64,000 nt of DNA from Podarcis vaucheri (taxonomy: Eukaryota), in the NCBI GenBank assembly GCA_965113315.1, contig OZ220370.1. One strand, 5' to 3'. Below are positions 1-11,501 of this stretch, one piece after another; positions within the stretch are counted from its first letter, which is position 1, and every line of letters starts with the position of its first letter. Made by a program: the position numbers and the translations under genes. The notes under the pieces are model-generated. The model saw nothing but the letters and a program-made list of their open reading frames with translations, was not told the origin of the DNA and made no database searches.

Positions 1-554
1 ATGTCCTGGAAAATAGGAAAGGGGGGGGGAGGGAAATCCATTTTTTTCTCAGTAAGTAGGAGGATTCATTTATTTCACCGGAGTTATTTCTGAGTAAAAC
101 ATATCGAAACCAGTTCTGTTTTATACCCCCTAAATTTCCGCTGAATTAATACCAAACAACATAACTAATAATTGCTCCTTAACATTATCTCAAGCAAAAA
201 TACTGTGCCAAAACAACATTGCTTGCTTTTTCTTTAAATGTCCTGGTTAGATGTGAATAATTGCCATAACATCACTCATAATCAACATTTTGCAACCATT
301 CATTTCTGGAAATGTTTTGGGGGAGGTTCCAGTTTTTAGTAATTTATTTTGCTGTTACTAGCATGTTAATTGCCGGAATGACAGCCTTCTTTTCTAAAGG
401 ATCACTTACATCATTTAGCAGACTATTCATATACATTTTCCCATTGTGTGCTCTTTGTTGTAGTAATTAATGCAGAGTACATGCTGAACTGTAGAGTGTA
501 ATAACTTGGTCTGGGGGGAAATTCTAAACCATTTTTGTTGTTGTTTGTATTTAG

Positions 555-623
555 AATCCTCAGCTGGATGAGGAAACTCTGTTCCAAAATGCTGTTGAGG
601 AATCTTGTCAAGAGAACCTTTGA
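555..623 (+). CDS. RNF138: Last coding exon of E3 ubiquitin ligase RNF138 (C-terminal UIM-like tail)
   Basis: Acceptor ttgtttgtatttag ends at 554, then NPQLDEETLFQNAVEESCQENL-stop. This matches the recalled RNF138 C-terminus (NLQLDEETQYQTAVEESFQVNI), and RNF138 lies just upstream of MEP1B in amniotes. AT-rich 3'UTR with AATAAA (e.g. 690-695) follows. Confidence 0.85.
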   Translation, partial: NPQLDEETLFQNAVEESCQENL

Positions 624-2709
624 AATCTCTAATTTGTTCACATCATTGCTTTCTGCGAGGGGAGAAGCTGCATCAGTGGTCTCAGTGTTAATAAAAGGGA
701 ACCCTTGTATCCAGTTTAACTGTATAGCAGTATTACTTTCCCTTGAATTTATTTTAAAATGCTTTTCATTTAAACTAACAAAAAAGCATGTTATATTATA
801 ATACTTTAATATGGGGTGTTTTTTCCTCCACATAATATTAGAAATATTTCAGATATCTGGCAAAAACGTTACTGTCTTTGAGATAAAGCTATTAAGAGCC
901 ATTTTGCATCATTTGTTTTATTATTTTTAAAGAAGTGTTACACTATAGAGAAAAAAAATTGCACTGGGACAAAGTATTGACATACAGATAGTAAGGACAG
1001 GGTGGTGTTTTTTATTCTTTTTTGGATGAGTTAAATAACTTTTTTTCTATGCTTACTAAATCTATGTTAAAAGCTAAATAAAACCCCAATAATTTCTAGC
1101 CCAATACTATTTTAGCCCCAGCTAATGTTTACATAAAAGAACATGCACACAGGGGTTTTCTCAATGCTGTCAAGAATCTCTTAAGTAGCCACAATCTGGA
1201 GGCTTCCTAGCTATGGCATACTTACTACTTGGCCATTTTCTAGACACCAGCCACTTACTTGTAAAGTAGCCTATCTTAAATTGATAGGTTTAATTTATTT
1301 TATTCAGAGATTGGTTACTGCTTTTTGGATTGTATCATTATTCACTTGAGAAAGTTTATAAAAACTTTTTCCAGTTTAACAAAATTTGGGATAAAAAAGT
1401 CAGAATAATGAGCTGCAAGTATGTTGAAAATACTAACTGACTAAGGAAGTTTTATGGTAAGAAATAAAGAGGTCTTTTATTGGAAGTGCTGTTTTAGGGG
1501 GAAATTGGTCTTGGGCCAATACCAGCTTAATCTGATTTTAGATATGAGCTTTCTGTTAAATTATCTACTGAACACTTGTTTCAAAGCCTAGTCCTGGAAA
1601 CCATGGGAATACCTGTGCATCTTCAAAAGCCATTTTACATTTGAACACTCTAAACATGGGGTTACCACTTCATGAGTCTCAGTGCCTAAACAATCCTTGT
1701 CTAGGAAAGGGTGCAGTTGACATTCCACCCAAAGCTGATGGTAGGCTCTCTGCCATGGAGGCCACAGGGCCTCATTGGACAAAGATTGTTCCATAAATAC
1801 TCCTAAACTCTCTGCATGTTCCTTTAGAGTGCAATCCAATCCAGAGCAGGCAAGTCCCAAATTCTCAGGCAAGGGAATTGGTCATCCAGAGCACCCTTGT
1901 CTTAGCAAAATTCAGCTTCACTTTTTTGGTCCATATCCTACCCACCCTGATTCCAGGCACTGCTTCATCTTGTGCATGCCTTCTTGACTGGGAATTAACA
2001 AAGAGCTGGGTGTCATCAGCACATTGATGACACTGCCCCACGTCTCCTGATGACTGCTTCTGTTGGCTTCATATAGATGTTTAATAACATTGGGGATAAA
2101 ATAGTGTTGTGCAGTACCCCACAACTAAATCACAAGGGTACTGATACATAGTCCCTCAGTACTATTATCTGAGACTGGCCCTGCAAATAGGAGTGGAACC
2201 ACCATAGAGAAGTTCCTTCAACATCCAACTCACAGAAGGTACCATGGTCAGTGGTATCAGAGCTGCAGAGAGATAAGCAAGAGCAACAAAGTTGCACTCC
2301 CCATCTCTCCTCTGGGAAATATTATTCATAAGAACAACCAAGGCTGATTTTGTGTTAAAAAACATCCTGAACCCTTATTGGAGTGGGGGCAGTTAATAGC
2401 TTTCTTCCTAGAGTGTCTACAGCTACATTGCCACAGTCCTGAAGCACCTTGCCCATAAAGGGTATTAGACACTAGGTAGTAGTTGCACTATTGGTATAAT
2501 TAGGAATGAGCAGATTCCCTCAGTACCATGTCATTGTTGCCTCTTGTCTCTGTAGCCTAATGCAATATTAGGTCGCTTTAACAAAAGCTTAGTATGCAAG
2601 TCATTTGTGGTAATAGTTCTACTCTATTCTGTGCTGGTCAGGCTGCCTCTGGAGAACAGAGGTCAGTTCTGAGTGTCTAGCAGAGTGCGATCACGTTAGT
2701 CCCCCCCCC

Positions 2710-5700
2710 TTTTTAATTAATTTTCATTTTTCACATCACTCATATTCACAATACACAAACCATATTGCTTAAAAATATCAACTCAGATTCTTACAGTACA
2801 CTCCAAAAAAATCTTTCCACATATTACCATGCAATCTCAGTGTGTATGTGTGGGTATAAATATAATCTTGATGCATATACTCCAGAAATGGTTGTCACAC
2901 ACAGGAAAGAAAGGGGCTAGAATTCCCTTTGGTTGCATGAATCTGGCACATCAGCTTTTCATCCAGGGCTATTGTCCATGCTTGGAGCACCTATTTCCAC
3001 TGAGAGGAAGAACATTAAGAGTTATTTATGAGCGACTGGTGGAGTAGACATGGTCTTTATTCCAAGTAAAGCAAGTTGAGGGGAAGGTTGTAGGTCCATT
3101 TTGTATATTAAAATCATTTTTTTAAATACCAAAACCCAAAATTGATAAACATGCCCCAAACTTAGGATCTTCCAATTCTATAGCCACTGTTTTCCTCCTG
3201 GATCTTGAATCAAAGACACCAAGACTTGGAATGCCTTATAGTATATAAGCAAGTGGCGCACTCCCAGACCAGATTTTAAATTTATCTTTGCCAAATTTTA
3301 AATTGTTAGGTGTTATAGTTATTGGCAGGAAATAGGCAGGAAAACTTCAGAAGGATCAACATATTCATAGCCACAATGTGGCTCAAGCAAGAAAGGTTTA
3401 GACTTTTCCAGGATTTCAGTTCCTGTCTAACTTGAGATAACAAAGACTCAAAATTTGCTTTCCTTAAAGAGTGCAAGAATTTTGATATAAATATTCCCAG
3501 ATATTTCAGCTTTTGAGGACAGATTGTAAAACCCTCAATGCTTTGTATGAAAGTTTGAGACTGGCAAGACCACAATAAACATAATTTCAGATTTGGTTTC
3601 AGAATTATTCAGTTCTTTAATAACTTCAGGTATTGCCAATTCCGGTTTTGATAATATGAAAGCTATGCCATCTGCAAAAAGGTTAGTATGCATTTTACTT
3701 TATTTTTTTTCACTTTCTATATTCACATTGTTTCTAATGACTGTTGCCAGTGGTTCAATAGACAAGGCAAATAAAAGCAGAGACAAAGGACAATCTTGTT
3801 TTACTCTTTTTAGAGGTTTCTGAGTTGAGACCATTACATAAGACTGTAGCAAAGGAATGTTTGTATACTTCAAAAGTCGAGTTAATAAACCACTCTCATG
3901 TTAAGTCTATACATCAGTGATTTAAAAATGACCAACTCAGCCTGTCAAAGACCTTGTAAAAATCCCATGAGATTATTGCACGTGACTTACCTTTCTTTTT
4001 ACTATAATAAATGACATTCAATAGGTGTCTTACTGGATCCACTATGCCAGCGATACAGAAAGCCTACCTGGTCTGGGGAGATAAAATTTGTAATGAACAC
4101 ATTTAATCTGTTTGCTAAAATGGCTGTATACATCTTAGCTTCTTGGTATAACAGGGCTAATTGGATGCTACAATTCCTCTAGGTCAAGGTTTCTTCTAGC
4201 TTTTGGTAGTACTGTTATTTTAGATTGATGCCAGTAATATGGTGGAAGTTCTGCCAAAAGAACTTCATTAAACAACTTGGCTAGATGGGGAGACAGTTCA
4301 TTTCTAAAATGTTTATAGAACGTTTCTATAAAACTGCCAGCCTCCGGTGCTTTGTATTCTCATAGTTTTTTAATAGCCATTTGCACTTCCTTTAATAGAT
4401 TTACTCAAAGACTGCATATGATCCATTTCTAACTGTTTTAATGAAGTTTATCTAAATAGTCATTGATAGCAAACACAGACGTTGATGGTGAGCTGTGTAA
4501 TTCTGAATAAAATTTATTAAATAATCCACATTTGTCTTTTTCTTTGTACTGAAAAATGCCAAAATCATCTTTTATGTGTAGCACTCTTCTAGAGGCAACC
4601 TTTTGTTTGTTTGTTTGTTAGTTTTTGTTTTTATTAAATATTTTCTTGGTTTAGTACATGCCTTGTCTCTTTTTTCAGGTTATACAGTCTTTCTTGCAAA
4701 TCACTTACATTTGTTGTGATACATTAGTGTTGATACTGTATATAAGGTCGGGGAAGAAAGTGGGAGAGGGTGGGGTGGTGAGGCTTATATTCTTTTATAT
4801 AGTGTACGTGTGAGGTTTTGTGTCAGTGTCAACTGGGTATGTTCTTTTTCTATTTGTTTATTACATTTCCTTGCTAGTGAGAGGTATTGGGGGGCAATAT
4901 TATTTCTTTAGTGAAGGATGTTACGTTACCGTCTTTTTTAGTGACAGTGTATTATTGTTTTGAGTGATTTCCCCCTTGCATCTATTTGCTAAAAGTCTGG
5001 AGTTCTTTCCTCCATATTCGTAAAAGCATTGTTTAGAGAGCATAAGATATTAATCATTGTTTTATTGATTTCTAGAGAGTCAATTTTTGTTCTTTTTTGT
5101 TCTATGAGTTTAAGGAGTTGAGTTTTTTGTTTTGGTTTTTTGCTCCTGCTTGTTTGTAGTGTGATGAGAGGGTTGTAATGTCTTGTTGTAATTTACCATT
5201 TTTTGAGGAGGTTTGCTTTTTAAGAGATGCCCTCTCCTTTATGCAGGCTCCTCTGGTGACCACTTTCATTGTCCTTAAAGGTAGTTTTCAAGAGACTCTC
5301 TCTAGCTAGTTGGTTTGTGGTTAGGATGGGGCTAAAGGACCATGCTGGGGTAGTTTGTGCTTCCTCTCTTGAGGGTAGCTTCTACTGGGGCATGATCTGT
5401 GGTTTTAATGTTACCAATGTATGTTGTTTCTGTGTGAGCAGAATGCTGTCCAGTCAGGACATGGTGCCGGGACATCCAGACTGGAATGTGGCTGGTGTCT
5501 CCCAGGTTCTTTTCTCCCAAGATGTCACAAAGGCCTCAGTTTTTAGCATTTTCAGTAGTTGGTCAGTGTCTCTAATTGTTTGGGGCTTCCCTCTGAGGAA
5601 GGTTGCCCAGGGGGTTGTAGGATGGATGTCTTTTAGGGATGCCTCCCCTGTTGAGGTTGAGGTTACCTCCTAGGATTGTTTACCCTTTGGAGAAGGAATT

Positions 5701-6000
5701 TGTTTAGTGTTTCCTGGATGAACTGTAGTTGTTTTGTGTTTCGGGCATATATGGAGCCAATTGTCAGTTTAGTTTTGCCATTAGCAAAAATGAATCTACC
5801 TTTTTGTGTTTTAGCACTGTTGTGGCTTTAAAATGTAGGCCTCTCCGGGGGCCTTTCCTGAGCGAGGTGCCACCCATTCTTGACTGGACCTGGGTTAGCT
5901 CCGGCTTTTGCTTCCTTTGTGTAGGTTGTGGAAGGCAATGTGTGGTTTCACTCACCAGAACAGACACTTGTGGAACAGAAGTAGAGGTCAAAAACTTTTC
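2710..6000 (-). mobile_element. Decayed L1-clade LINE ORF2 (endonuclease and RT remnants), probably interrupted near 4600-4980
   Basis: Minus-strand fragments: IYARN (IYAPN-like, ~5745), TDHAPV (SDH-type endonuclease motif, ~5390), KAP..FYK (~4340), QDCPLSLLLF (~3790), FAD (~3675) and KYLGI..WKSLNLS (3306-3575). There are many stops and frameshifts, and the boundaries are approximate. Confidence 0.7.
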
Positions 6001-6138
6001 TCTACAAAGGTCATACTTTTTCTCCCTGGCTTTTTGGCTGTATATTTTTTCTGGAAATGATCACTACTTAAAACATCTTTGGTTACTTTATAAAGGCAAT
6101 GCTGCCAAGGGATTGAGAGGTTTGGTAATTTGACACGT

Positions 6139-6242
6139 GGTACTCCACCAAGTTTTACTCAGAGTAGGTCCATTGAAATTAATGGCCCTAACTTAGTCAT
6201 TAATTTCAATGGGTCTATTCTGAGTCAAACTTGTTGAGTACC
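6139..6242. mobile_element. Short palindromic MITE-like repeat
   Basis: Imperfect inverted arms of about 45 bp (ggtactccaccaagttttactcagagtaggtccattgaaattaatg / cattaatttcaatgggtctattctgagtcaaacttgttgagtacc) around a short spacer. Confidence 0.6.
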
Positions 6243-7537
6243 ATCCTTGTTTTCTTCTGAAAATCACATGTAAAAGTTTGATTCTCAGCAGTTGAATGGT
6301 ACAGTATTGACTTTTCCTTTTCTAACTTCCCTAAAAATAATATGATTCAATCACTAGGGGGCACCAAGCACTTTTGAAAGACATTGCTCTAAGATGCAAT
6401 TTTTTAAAAAAATCATTCTGAAAGTGTTTTTGTCCTCTACATTCATTCCACAAGTGCTTGTTCTGGTTTTGTGGTGTTTTTTAATTTGCACATTTTTCAG
6501 TCAAATGTGTGTCTTGTACAGCTTGTGAATATATCTGCATGACAGTACTGCAAATGAAATGTGTTTTCCAAGAGTGTTCACAGTATATAGAAAAGAAGGA
6601 ACGTTTGAAGCCCCATACACAATGCCATTGATCCATCTAGCTCAATATTGTGTACAGTGACTGGGAGCAACTGCAGGATTTTCAAACAGGGAACACTCCC
6701 AGTCCTAGTGGTAGACGTTGAGGCAACAAACATTGCTAGTTTTTTCTATGCAGGATAAGACTGCAGTAAACTGAATTTTAACGCATCTCTGATAAACGGA
6801 ATTTCCCTTTTAGTGTTTTTAGGTTTTCTTAATAACCTTTGGCATGATCATAGAGGCTGCACAAATGTTCCGCAGGAAACAGCCACCATAACCAGAAACA
6901 AAATAATTGTATGTGACAGAACCGGGAAGATTCAAGGCATGCCCATAGGCAAGCTCTCCAACCCAATGTTCTAGAAATACAACCAACAATCACTCTATGT
7001 TGGCACATTGCAACTTACAGGCAACTTAGCAAGACTCCTGTCTTGTTCATCTTGGTAAGGCACGCTGCTATATCTGTGTCAACACAACAATATCAATAGT
7101 GTAAAGCTATGTATTGTGTTTAGACTTAAATTTCTTTCTCTCTTGCACATATGCGGGCACACCACTATGGATACATAACTAGATTGCCCCCTGGCTATTC
7201 CCCCTCCCCCAGCCTTTCCAGTTTTTCAGCATTGACTTGGAACTTTTTATGGGAATGAAATGGCCAGTAACCTGAGTCGTTTGGGGAATCCTCCCATCTA
7301 AACTGTTGTAACAAAGGTCTACCAGATGATGAGGGCAAGAATCAGCCTGTTATAGTGAGTATGAACCTTTTCCCTCACCAGTCTAATGCTAAGCACTGTG
7401 ATACTCCTAGAAACTGCTCCAGAGGTGAATTTAGGGCAGCATGGCTGGTTCTGCCACAGTGGGTGCCAAGCCTTTGGGATGCTGCAAGGGATCGCAACTA
7501 TGATGTCGGGAATTGAGCAGAATGGAAGGTGAGAGGC

Positions 7538-7538
<1 letters not shown>

Positions 7539-7568
<30 letters not shown>
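7539..7568. repeat. (GT)15 microsatellite
   Basis: Read directly from the sequence. Confidence 0.95.
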
Positions 7569-7569
<1 letters not shown>

Positions 7570-9535
7570 GGGCTGAATTTTGTCCTTGCACAGGGCATTG
7601 CTGAAATTTGAAAGACCAAAGTCTGCCCCTGACAGCTCTGCCACAGCACAGCTTTCTGAAGGTCTGGGAAGGTGTGCTTCGTTTAGTCCAGCCCCCCCCC
7701 CCCAATGTTCCAAGGAGCAGTGCAAAATTGCCTGCAGGAAAAGAAAGTAATGCTAAAACTTCACTTAACCTTTTGTGCATACTACAAAGCAGCTTATATC
7801 CAAGAAAGCAGGCAATCTGCAATATATGGCAATGACTAATATAAAAAAAATGCACTGATGCAGTTTGCAGTTTTTGTATTTAATTCCATTTCATTCGACT
7901 GGTTTTATGAGCAGAAGTCTAGCTATGTGCATTAGACTGATTGCATGGATTACATGTGCCTATAATTCCATTTTCAGTTTTATGATCCCATTTACTAGTT
8001 CTCTGAATCTGGTGGCTTTCTCTTGTTAATGTGGGAGAAGTTGATTGGAGAAGGTTATTGATTGCCCTTGTAAGTTTTTCTACCGAATTATGTGGCTTCT
8101 ACTGTTTAAAAAAAAACAATACAGAAAAAGTACAAGTTGAGAGCTGAGTGTTTTTCTTTCAAAATAACTATGCTGAACTCACTTCATAACTGCTGGGAGA
8201 GAGAGGTAAAGAATGAACAATTGGCTTTTGAGTAAGGGAGAAGTACAACATAGGTAGTAAATTATTACAGTATAAGCAATAATTTCATTCATGTTATCTT
8301 CTTGGCAACTGGAATTTATTCTGTTCTTTGTGGGCTATTTGATCTATAGATATTTTTTTTAGCATTTACTTTTCTCTCTAACATAGCAGCCTGCTACTTC
8401 ATCACACACATTAAGGTTGCAATCCTATATATACACTTACCTGAGAGTAGGGATGGGGGAGCAATTTCATTCAGTTTCCATTTCAAAGCCAACCTACCCT
8501 AATTCATGCTTTGTGAAACAATATGACAACCAAAACACAAACATCATTTGAAAGTCACACTTTGAAAGGTCCAAAAGCTGGCATTGAAGATGTATGCCTT
8601 TGTAATGAGATGGGCCCTCTTATGCTAGACATAATCTGTGTTTCTCGTACCTAAGCGTGAGTACAGCTTTGGATGCTGTGCCCACTTTGTTTACTCAAGA
8701 GACAAGGTAGGATTGGCAGTTTCCATTTTGCAAGTGTTACGATAGCCATAACGGCAAGGGTTCTCTTCCCTTCCTGGGAGATGCTCCAGGCTAGGGCTAA
8801 TGTGAGCTCCTCTTCTAGTCATTGGCAGGAAACAGATTTATTTCAGTGGAGTTAATGAAAAAGAGGGTCACCACTGAAAAATCATCAAGCTTGATGAATA
8901 GTTAACCCATAACACTATCTGGATAAGCCATCACGTAATAGTACTGATAGGGGTGGAGTCGATTGCAGTGTGATCCTGACCAAGGCGTTCCCATAACAGT
9001 AATTGAAGGGAAATGTAGGCAACACAGACAAAATCTGATGAAGGATTTTAAGATTGGCTTCACTTCTACAAAGATTAGCAGTGATGATCAATGCCATTGG
9101 TTTGGACCTATAGAGGTCATGGATCTGATATATAGGATCCTGGAACTAGGCTGATCAAGGTAACCAGAGAGATTTTGAGGAGGGGAGAAATTAAATGTAC
9201 TGTGTCCAAAATTCTGTCAGCGTAAGCATTTCAGCTTCCCAAATGGAATGATCCCTGCTCTCCTTCCCCTAAATGTTCTGGGTTTCCCCCCCCAAACTTA
9301 AGCTGAATGTGGCTGTGCAAATAACTGAGTCTTTGTCTAGGTTCATTATGAAGATACCTCGTTTGAGGCATCGCATTTGGTTACTTCCACCATCTTTATC
9401 CAATGAGAAGTATATAAAGGTAGAAGAAGACCAATCAACAGTCGTTTTATTCTGGCACTGATGTTCGATGAAAAAGCTGAAATGCCCTCTTGCTTCATTC
9501 TGTCAAAAGGTATATATCAAACACCTGCAATACAA

Positions 9536-9576
9536 AGGTCAAAGTTTTCATTTATGATGGCACTCTAGATATAAAT
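9536..9576 (+). promoter_or_regulatory. Putative MEP1B proximal promoter: DR1/HNF4-like site, CDX-like site and TATA box
   Basis: AGGTCA-A-AGTTTT (9536-9548), TTTATGA (9551-9557) and TATAAAT (9570-9576), 45-85 bp upstream of the ATG at 9621. Confidence 0.55.
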
Positions 9577-9620
9577 GCACAAAAATTAAAAGATTACAGC
9601 TCTTACTGAAGTTGTACATC

Positions 9621-9683
9621 ATGGATTTGTGGCTATTTTATGTGCTTCTGAGCGGGGTTATTTTGCAGATAGTTTGCTGTCTG
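9621..9683 (+). CDS. MEP1B: Meprin A beta exon 1 (signal peptide)
   Basis: MDLWLFYVLLSGVILQIVCCL, 63 nt, donor GTAAG, phase 0. MDLW start as recalled for mammalian MEP1B. Confidence 0.9.
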
Positions 9684-10317
9684 GTAAGACAATAAAAAGC
9701 ATACTTTAATTCTTAAGGATTAAGTGAATTAGCACATTTGTATTTAATGTGCATATTTTTTTAAAATGCCAATAGTTTCTGTAAATCGGGGCCAGGGGTC
9801 ATAATTATTGGGGTTGCAGTGGGGAGAGAGAGTTTAATCATTTCCTCCTTGGCTGTGGTTCTGACAAAAATCACTCTTTTGGAGTTAACGTCTGCCCAAG
9901 ATTGCATGCTTCTCCCTCCCTTCACTTCTGGTGCAGCCACAAGGATGAGATCAGAAGCTTTTGCTTCCAACTTACACAACAGTTTAGCATTGTGGCTTAA
10001 CCTAAACTGTGGTTAATTTTATCTATGCCAGAAAAGAAGGGGGACGTGCATGAGCCTAGGGGCAGGTTATGTTGGTTCCCATCACAGTAAATATGCAGCC
10101 TCTGTCTCTGTGTGTTCTGTCCCCTATTTTAGAGTAGTTGTTTTATATATCAAAAGCTAAAACAATTTTAAAAGTTTTCAAAGTGTAATTATGCAAATAC
10201 AAAAAAAGAACAACAAGCTTGCATTGTTATAAGTTGTTAATGAATAAATATCTGAAATAACATTTGTACCATAGTGTTATTTCTACTTGGATCCTCTCAC
10301 TTATTATAATGGTATGT

Positions 10318-11379
10318 TGTAGTGAAGTTGCCATTGTTAGAAAAATCATTCCTTGGTCAAGAAGACGAGTGTGGCCTTGTGGGTATTTTGTCAGCCGCAA
10401 GGACCCTGGGAAAGTGAGTTGTGTATCTTTAAAACCCAGACTTTCTGGCTCCTTGCCATGAGAGGTTTATGGGAGGAAAGGGGTCCTTGATTAATGGAAG
10501 GTTTGGCACCTGGGTTGTGGGTGTGAATCTCTTCCTCCTTCCCGGAGGTTGTTTGTTTTCAAACTGCTGAGAATTGGGGATCTGGTTAATTTCCACAGGT
10601 GGGAGGAAGATTCTTTGATTAAGGGTTCAAGCCTAAATTGACCCAGCTGCAAAAGAATGAGCTGATCAAATTAAGACTCTTGATTGGCCAAAAGTTACGA
10701 CGCAAAGTCAGAATTGTGGATAAAAGATCCAGGGATGTCTTGTTAGTTGCTCTCTGCCATTGCAAAATGCTAGATGCCATTGCTCTGCAATCCGCAAAGA
10801 TGCCCGGCTGTAAGCTCCATCGTTAACAGCCGTTTCGTCCTTTTGAAATGGAAATCCTCTACCAGCTTCATTATACAACATCTTGAAAGGACTCTTGACT
10901 ATTCTAACTGTGGTCTCTTTGTGAGTATGTACGAGCTAGTCATACTGTACAATGTTATTGTTTTCATGTTTGTAAGACTCTTAAGAAGTGCCTGTGGTTT
11001 TACCACAAGTTTTCAGTTTTCTTTTTAAAATAAAAACTTTTAATTTAGAACCGGTTAGTGTGTTGGTGCCTTTTCCGGGGAACAGCTAAATCCAAGCCTT
11101 CTGCTTAGTCACGCTATACCGAGTGAACTTCTGCCTGCAAGCTTGTGGATGCAGCTTGTAAGGAGTGGGGATTGCCAGGGTAATTGGACACACTCTCCTC
11201 CCTGGGTGGTGTCTCTGGAATTCCCTGAACTAAAGGGAGTGGTGGCAGCCTTACCGGTGTGATTTCAGTCTGTGTTTGAAAAGTAGCTTCCCTCGCCAAC
11301 CTATTCCAGGAACCTGAATTGGCCGGAGAGCAGAGTCAGGGAGGGGGGAATAGGGTGGACGAGTGGAACCGTTACTACA
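10318..11379 (+). repeat. 5' LTR (1062 bp)
   Basis: TGTAGT...ACTACA inverted termini. Reverse CCAAT (ATTGG, ~10683), TATA-like GATAAAAG (10719-10726), AATAAA (11029-11034) followed by a GT-rich tract. Confidence 0.96.
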
Positions 11380-11397
11380 TGGTGGCAGCGGTGGGAT
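11380..11397 (+). other. Primer binding site complementary to the tRNA-Leu 3' end
   Basis: TGGTGGCAGCGGTGGGAT directly after the 5' LTR. Its reverse complement ATCCCACCGCTGCCACCA matches the recalled 3' end (with CCA) of vertebrate tRNA-Leu(AAG/TAG). Confidence 0.9.
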
Positions 11398-11501
11398 CTA
11401 GAACTTCCCTGCGGAAAAGCACTGTAACGTTTTAAAAATAGTTTGGCACGTATCTTTTGTGGCTTACAAACGGTTTATTATTTTGGATAGAGATAGTTAG
11501 G

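Noticed and set aside
423-833. 136-aa minus ORF and 88-aa plus ORF at the window start
   Set aside because: The real coding segment is the RNF138 terminal exon in a different plus-strand frame.
7319-7855. 178-aa ORF with HT repeats
   Set aside because: It spans a GT microsatellite and has no splice or domain support.
8820-9270. Possible old LINE fragment upstream of the MEP1B promoter
   Set aside because: Only vague motif resemblance; it cannot be supported without a search.
11457-11501. TTG-initiated 15-aa extension of the polyprotein in the ORF track
   Set aside because: A non-ATG start is unlikely in a vertebrate, and the ATG at 11502 has good Kozak context.
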